Source of the DNA: Gammaproteobacteria bacterium
GTDB taxonomy: Bacteria > Pseudomonadota > Gammaproteobacteria > UBA4575
Length of the DNA stretch: 64,000 nucleotides
NCBI GenBank assembly: GCA_965222615.1
Contig: CBDCUI010000008.1
Coordinates: forward strand, 288,001-352,000
Reading direction: 5' to 3'
The notes beneath the pieces are model-generated. The model was not told the origin of the DNA and ran no database searches. It saw only the letters and a program-made list of their open reading frames with translations. Position numbers and translations under genes: made by a program. Positions 61,973 through 64,000 of the stretch are shown one piece after another. Numbering within the stretch: position 1 is the stretch's first letter; every line of letters begins with the position of its first letter.

Positions 61973-63328
61973 ATGCTTTATGCATTGCAAAAACAAATTG
62001 TGAATACAGACAATGAAACAATCATTGTAGGGCTTGGTGAGACGGGTTTTTCGGTGGCTTCGTTTCTGATTAGCCAAAACACACCTTTTACAATAGTGGA
62101 TAGCCGTGTTGAACCCCCATTGCTTAGTGTATTTAAACAAAAATACCCAGATATTGAAGTTTATCTAGGTGAATTTTCTACAAGTCTGTTTAGCAATGCT
62201 AAACAAATCATTTTAAGCCCTGGAGTTGATATCAATAATGAAGTCATTCAGTCAGCAATAAATAGTGGAGTTGAATGTTGTGGTGATATAGAGATCTTTG
62301 CGAAACATACACATGCGCCAATTATTGCAATCACAGGTTCAAATGGAAAAAGTACCGTGACAAGTTTGGTAGTAGAGATGGCAAAGCAAACGGGATTGTG
62401 TGCCTATTCTGGTGGAAATTTAGGCCCACCTGCTTTGGATTTATTAAAATTTGATGACGCGGAATTATTTGTTCTTGAATTATCGAGTTTTCAGCTTGAA
62501 TCGACTCAATCACTGGCCCCAAAAGTAGCTGCAGTATTGAATATTTCTCCAGATCATTTAGATAGACATGGAGATGTGCAAAATTATGCAAATATAAAAG
62601 CAAAAATTTTCCATCAAGCAAAACATAGTGTGATAAATCGTGATGACGCGTTAGTAACAACTATGAATACTTCAGGAGTGGTACATAGTTTTGGTTTGGC
62701 TCAACCTATTGGGGAAGAATTTGGGTTGATTCAAGACGCTGGCGAAATATTTTTAGCACAAGGAAATAATCGATTGCTTGCGGCAAGTAAAATTACAATG
62801 CTAGGTGAGTCAGGGATATTAAATTCACTCGCAGCTTTAGCGGTTGGCGATGCCCTAAGTCTCCCCTTAGAAAAAATGTTAACTACCTTAACTAAGTTTC
62901 AAGGATTGCCACATCGTTTTTCATTAGTAGGAGTATCCAAAGGTGTTTCTTGGTTTAACGACTCTAAAGGAACGAATATTGGCGCAACCCTAAGCTCTAT
63001 TAAAGGATTGCGTGAAAATGTTGTTTTGTTAGCCGGAGGCATATTTAAAGGTGGAGATCTTGGCTTATTGCGTGATGCGGTTACGAAGCATGTCAAACAT
63101 GCAGTTTTATTTGGGCAGGACGCAAATTTACTAAAGCAAGCGTTCGACGGGCTTGTGCCTATACATATGGTGACTAGCATACATGAGGCAGTGAAGGTTG
63201 CGCATGGTTTAGTAGAGGCAGGTGACAATGTGTTGTTATCACCCGCATGTGCAAGTTTTGATATGTATAAGAACTATATTGCGCGGGGGGAAGATTTTGA
63301 GTCTTGTGTCAAGGAGCTTGTTTTATGA
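61973..63328 (+). CDS. murD: UDP-MurNAc-L-Ala-D-glutamate ligase
   Basis: TGSNGKSTVT, LELSSFQLE, DHLDRH, NDSKGTN, LSPACASFD. Confidence 0.97.
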   Translation: MLYALQKQIVNTDNETIIVGLGETGFSVASFLISQNTPFTIVDSRVEPPLLSVFKQKYPDIEVYLGEFSTSLFSNAKQIILSPGVDINNEVIQSAINSGVECCGDIEIFAKHTHAPIIAITGSNGKSTVTSLVVEMAKQTGLCAYSGGNLGPPALDLLKFDDAELFVLELSSFQLESTQSLAPKVAAVLNISPDHLDRHGDVQNYANIKAKIFHQAKHSVINRDDALVTTMNTSGVVHSFGLAQPIGEEFGLIQDAGEIFLAQGNNRLLAASKITMLGESGILNSLAALAVGDALSLPLEKMLTTLTKFQGLPHRFSLVGVSKGVSWFNDSKGTNIGATLSSIKGLRENVVLLAGGIFKGGDLGLLRDAVTKHVKHAVLFGQDANLLKQAFDGLVPIHMVTSIHEAVKVAHGLVEAGDNVLLSPACASFDMYKNYIARGEDFESCVKELVL

Positions 63329-64000
63329 GATCTTCAAAGCAAGCGGCTCGACAAATTTCAACCAATTTGAATATCAAGCTATCAAAACATTGTGATATGT
63401 TGCTAATGATGTCTTCGGTTTTATTACTTGGCATCGGTTTAGTAATGGTTGCTTCTTCTTCGATCGAAATTGCAGATCGTGCCACGGGTGATCCACTATA
63501 TTACTTTAAACGACAATTTATTTTTGCACTCATAGGCATTTCAGCTGGGGTGTTGATTACTAAAATACGACTTACGCATTGGGAAAATTCAGGGTTTGCG
63601 TTGCTGTTTTTTATGGTTGGTTTGTTGGTTCTCATTTTGATTCCAGGTCTTGGTCGAACAGTAAATGGCAGTACCCGTTGGCTCGCATTGGGGCCATTTG
63701 GTTTGCAAGTATCTGAAGTGGTTAAGCTGCTACTTATTATTTATTTGGCCGGGTATGTGGTAAGGCAGGGAAAACAAATACGTGAATCATTTATTGGTTT
63801 TATTAAACCCATGCTGATACTCGTAATTTTGTTTACTTTATTACTATTAGAACCAGATTTTGGTGCCGCAATTGTAATATTAGCTACCGCACTTGGTATG
63901 CTATATCTGGCTGGTGTCAAGATATGGAAGTTCGCAATCTTATTAGCTGCATCTGCAGCGTCAATGACATTTGTGGCTATTTCATCACCATATCGTGTTG
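63325..64000 (+). CDS. ftsW: Septal peptidoglycan polymerase FtsW (5' part; truncated by window edge)
   Basis: ATG overlapping the murD stop; GLVMVASSS, NGSTRW, QVSEVVK and LLLEPDFG read in frame. Confidence 0.94.
   Translation, partial: MRSSKQAARQISTNLNIKLSKHCDMLLMMSSVLLLGIGLVMVASSSIEIADRATGDPLYYFKRQFIFALIGISAGVLITKIRLTHWENSGFALLFFMVGLLVLILIPGLGRTVNGSTRWLALGPFGLQVSEVVKLLLIIYLAGYVVRQGKQIRESFIGFIKPMLILVILFTLLLLEPDFGAAIVILATALGMLYLAGVKIWKFAILLAASAASMTFVAISSPYRV

Overview
AT-rich chromosomal window from a gammaproteobacterium. From about 15 kb onward it is mostly conserved core genome: nth, rnfB-like, metG, apbC, dcd, mgtE, the rpoN/PTS-Ntr/lpt operon, mlaFEDCB, murA, his genes, degS, petABC, sspAB, gmhA/yraN/lpoA/rsmI, RNase P RNA and the start of the dcw cluster (mraZ to ftsW). 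The first 15 kb is accessory and holds three things. (1) The edge of a polysaccharide locus (glycosyltransferase tail, WcaJ-like initiating transferase) enclosing three paralogous exported proteins. These share a ~78-aa C-terminal domain that reads as a circularly permuted fibronectin type III module, on three unrelated N-terminal cargoes. (2) A dispersed MNIO (DUF692) RiPP system of the HvfA/oxazolin type: an EGKCG-repeat precursor, DUF692, DUF2063 and DoxX, with an FkbM methyltransferase inside it and ECF-type promoter motifs in front of the separated parts. (3) A module inserted in that cluster: a glutamate-synthase-like FMN protein plus a probable 2-oxoglutarate decarboxylase and semialdehyde dehydrogenase pair. 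Scattered through the core genes are at least six copies of a TA-bounded palindromic MITE-like family with a covarying hairpin core. Two copies carry a nearly identical nested 70-bp multi-hairpin cassette. All family assignments come from motif recognition by eye, not database searches.
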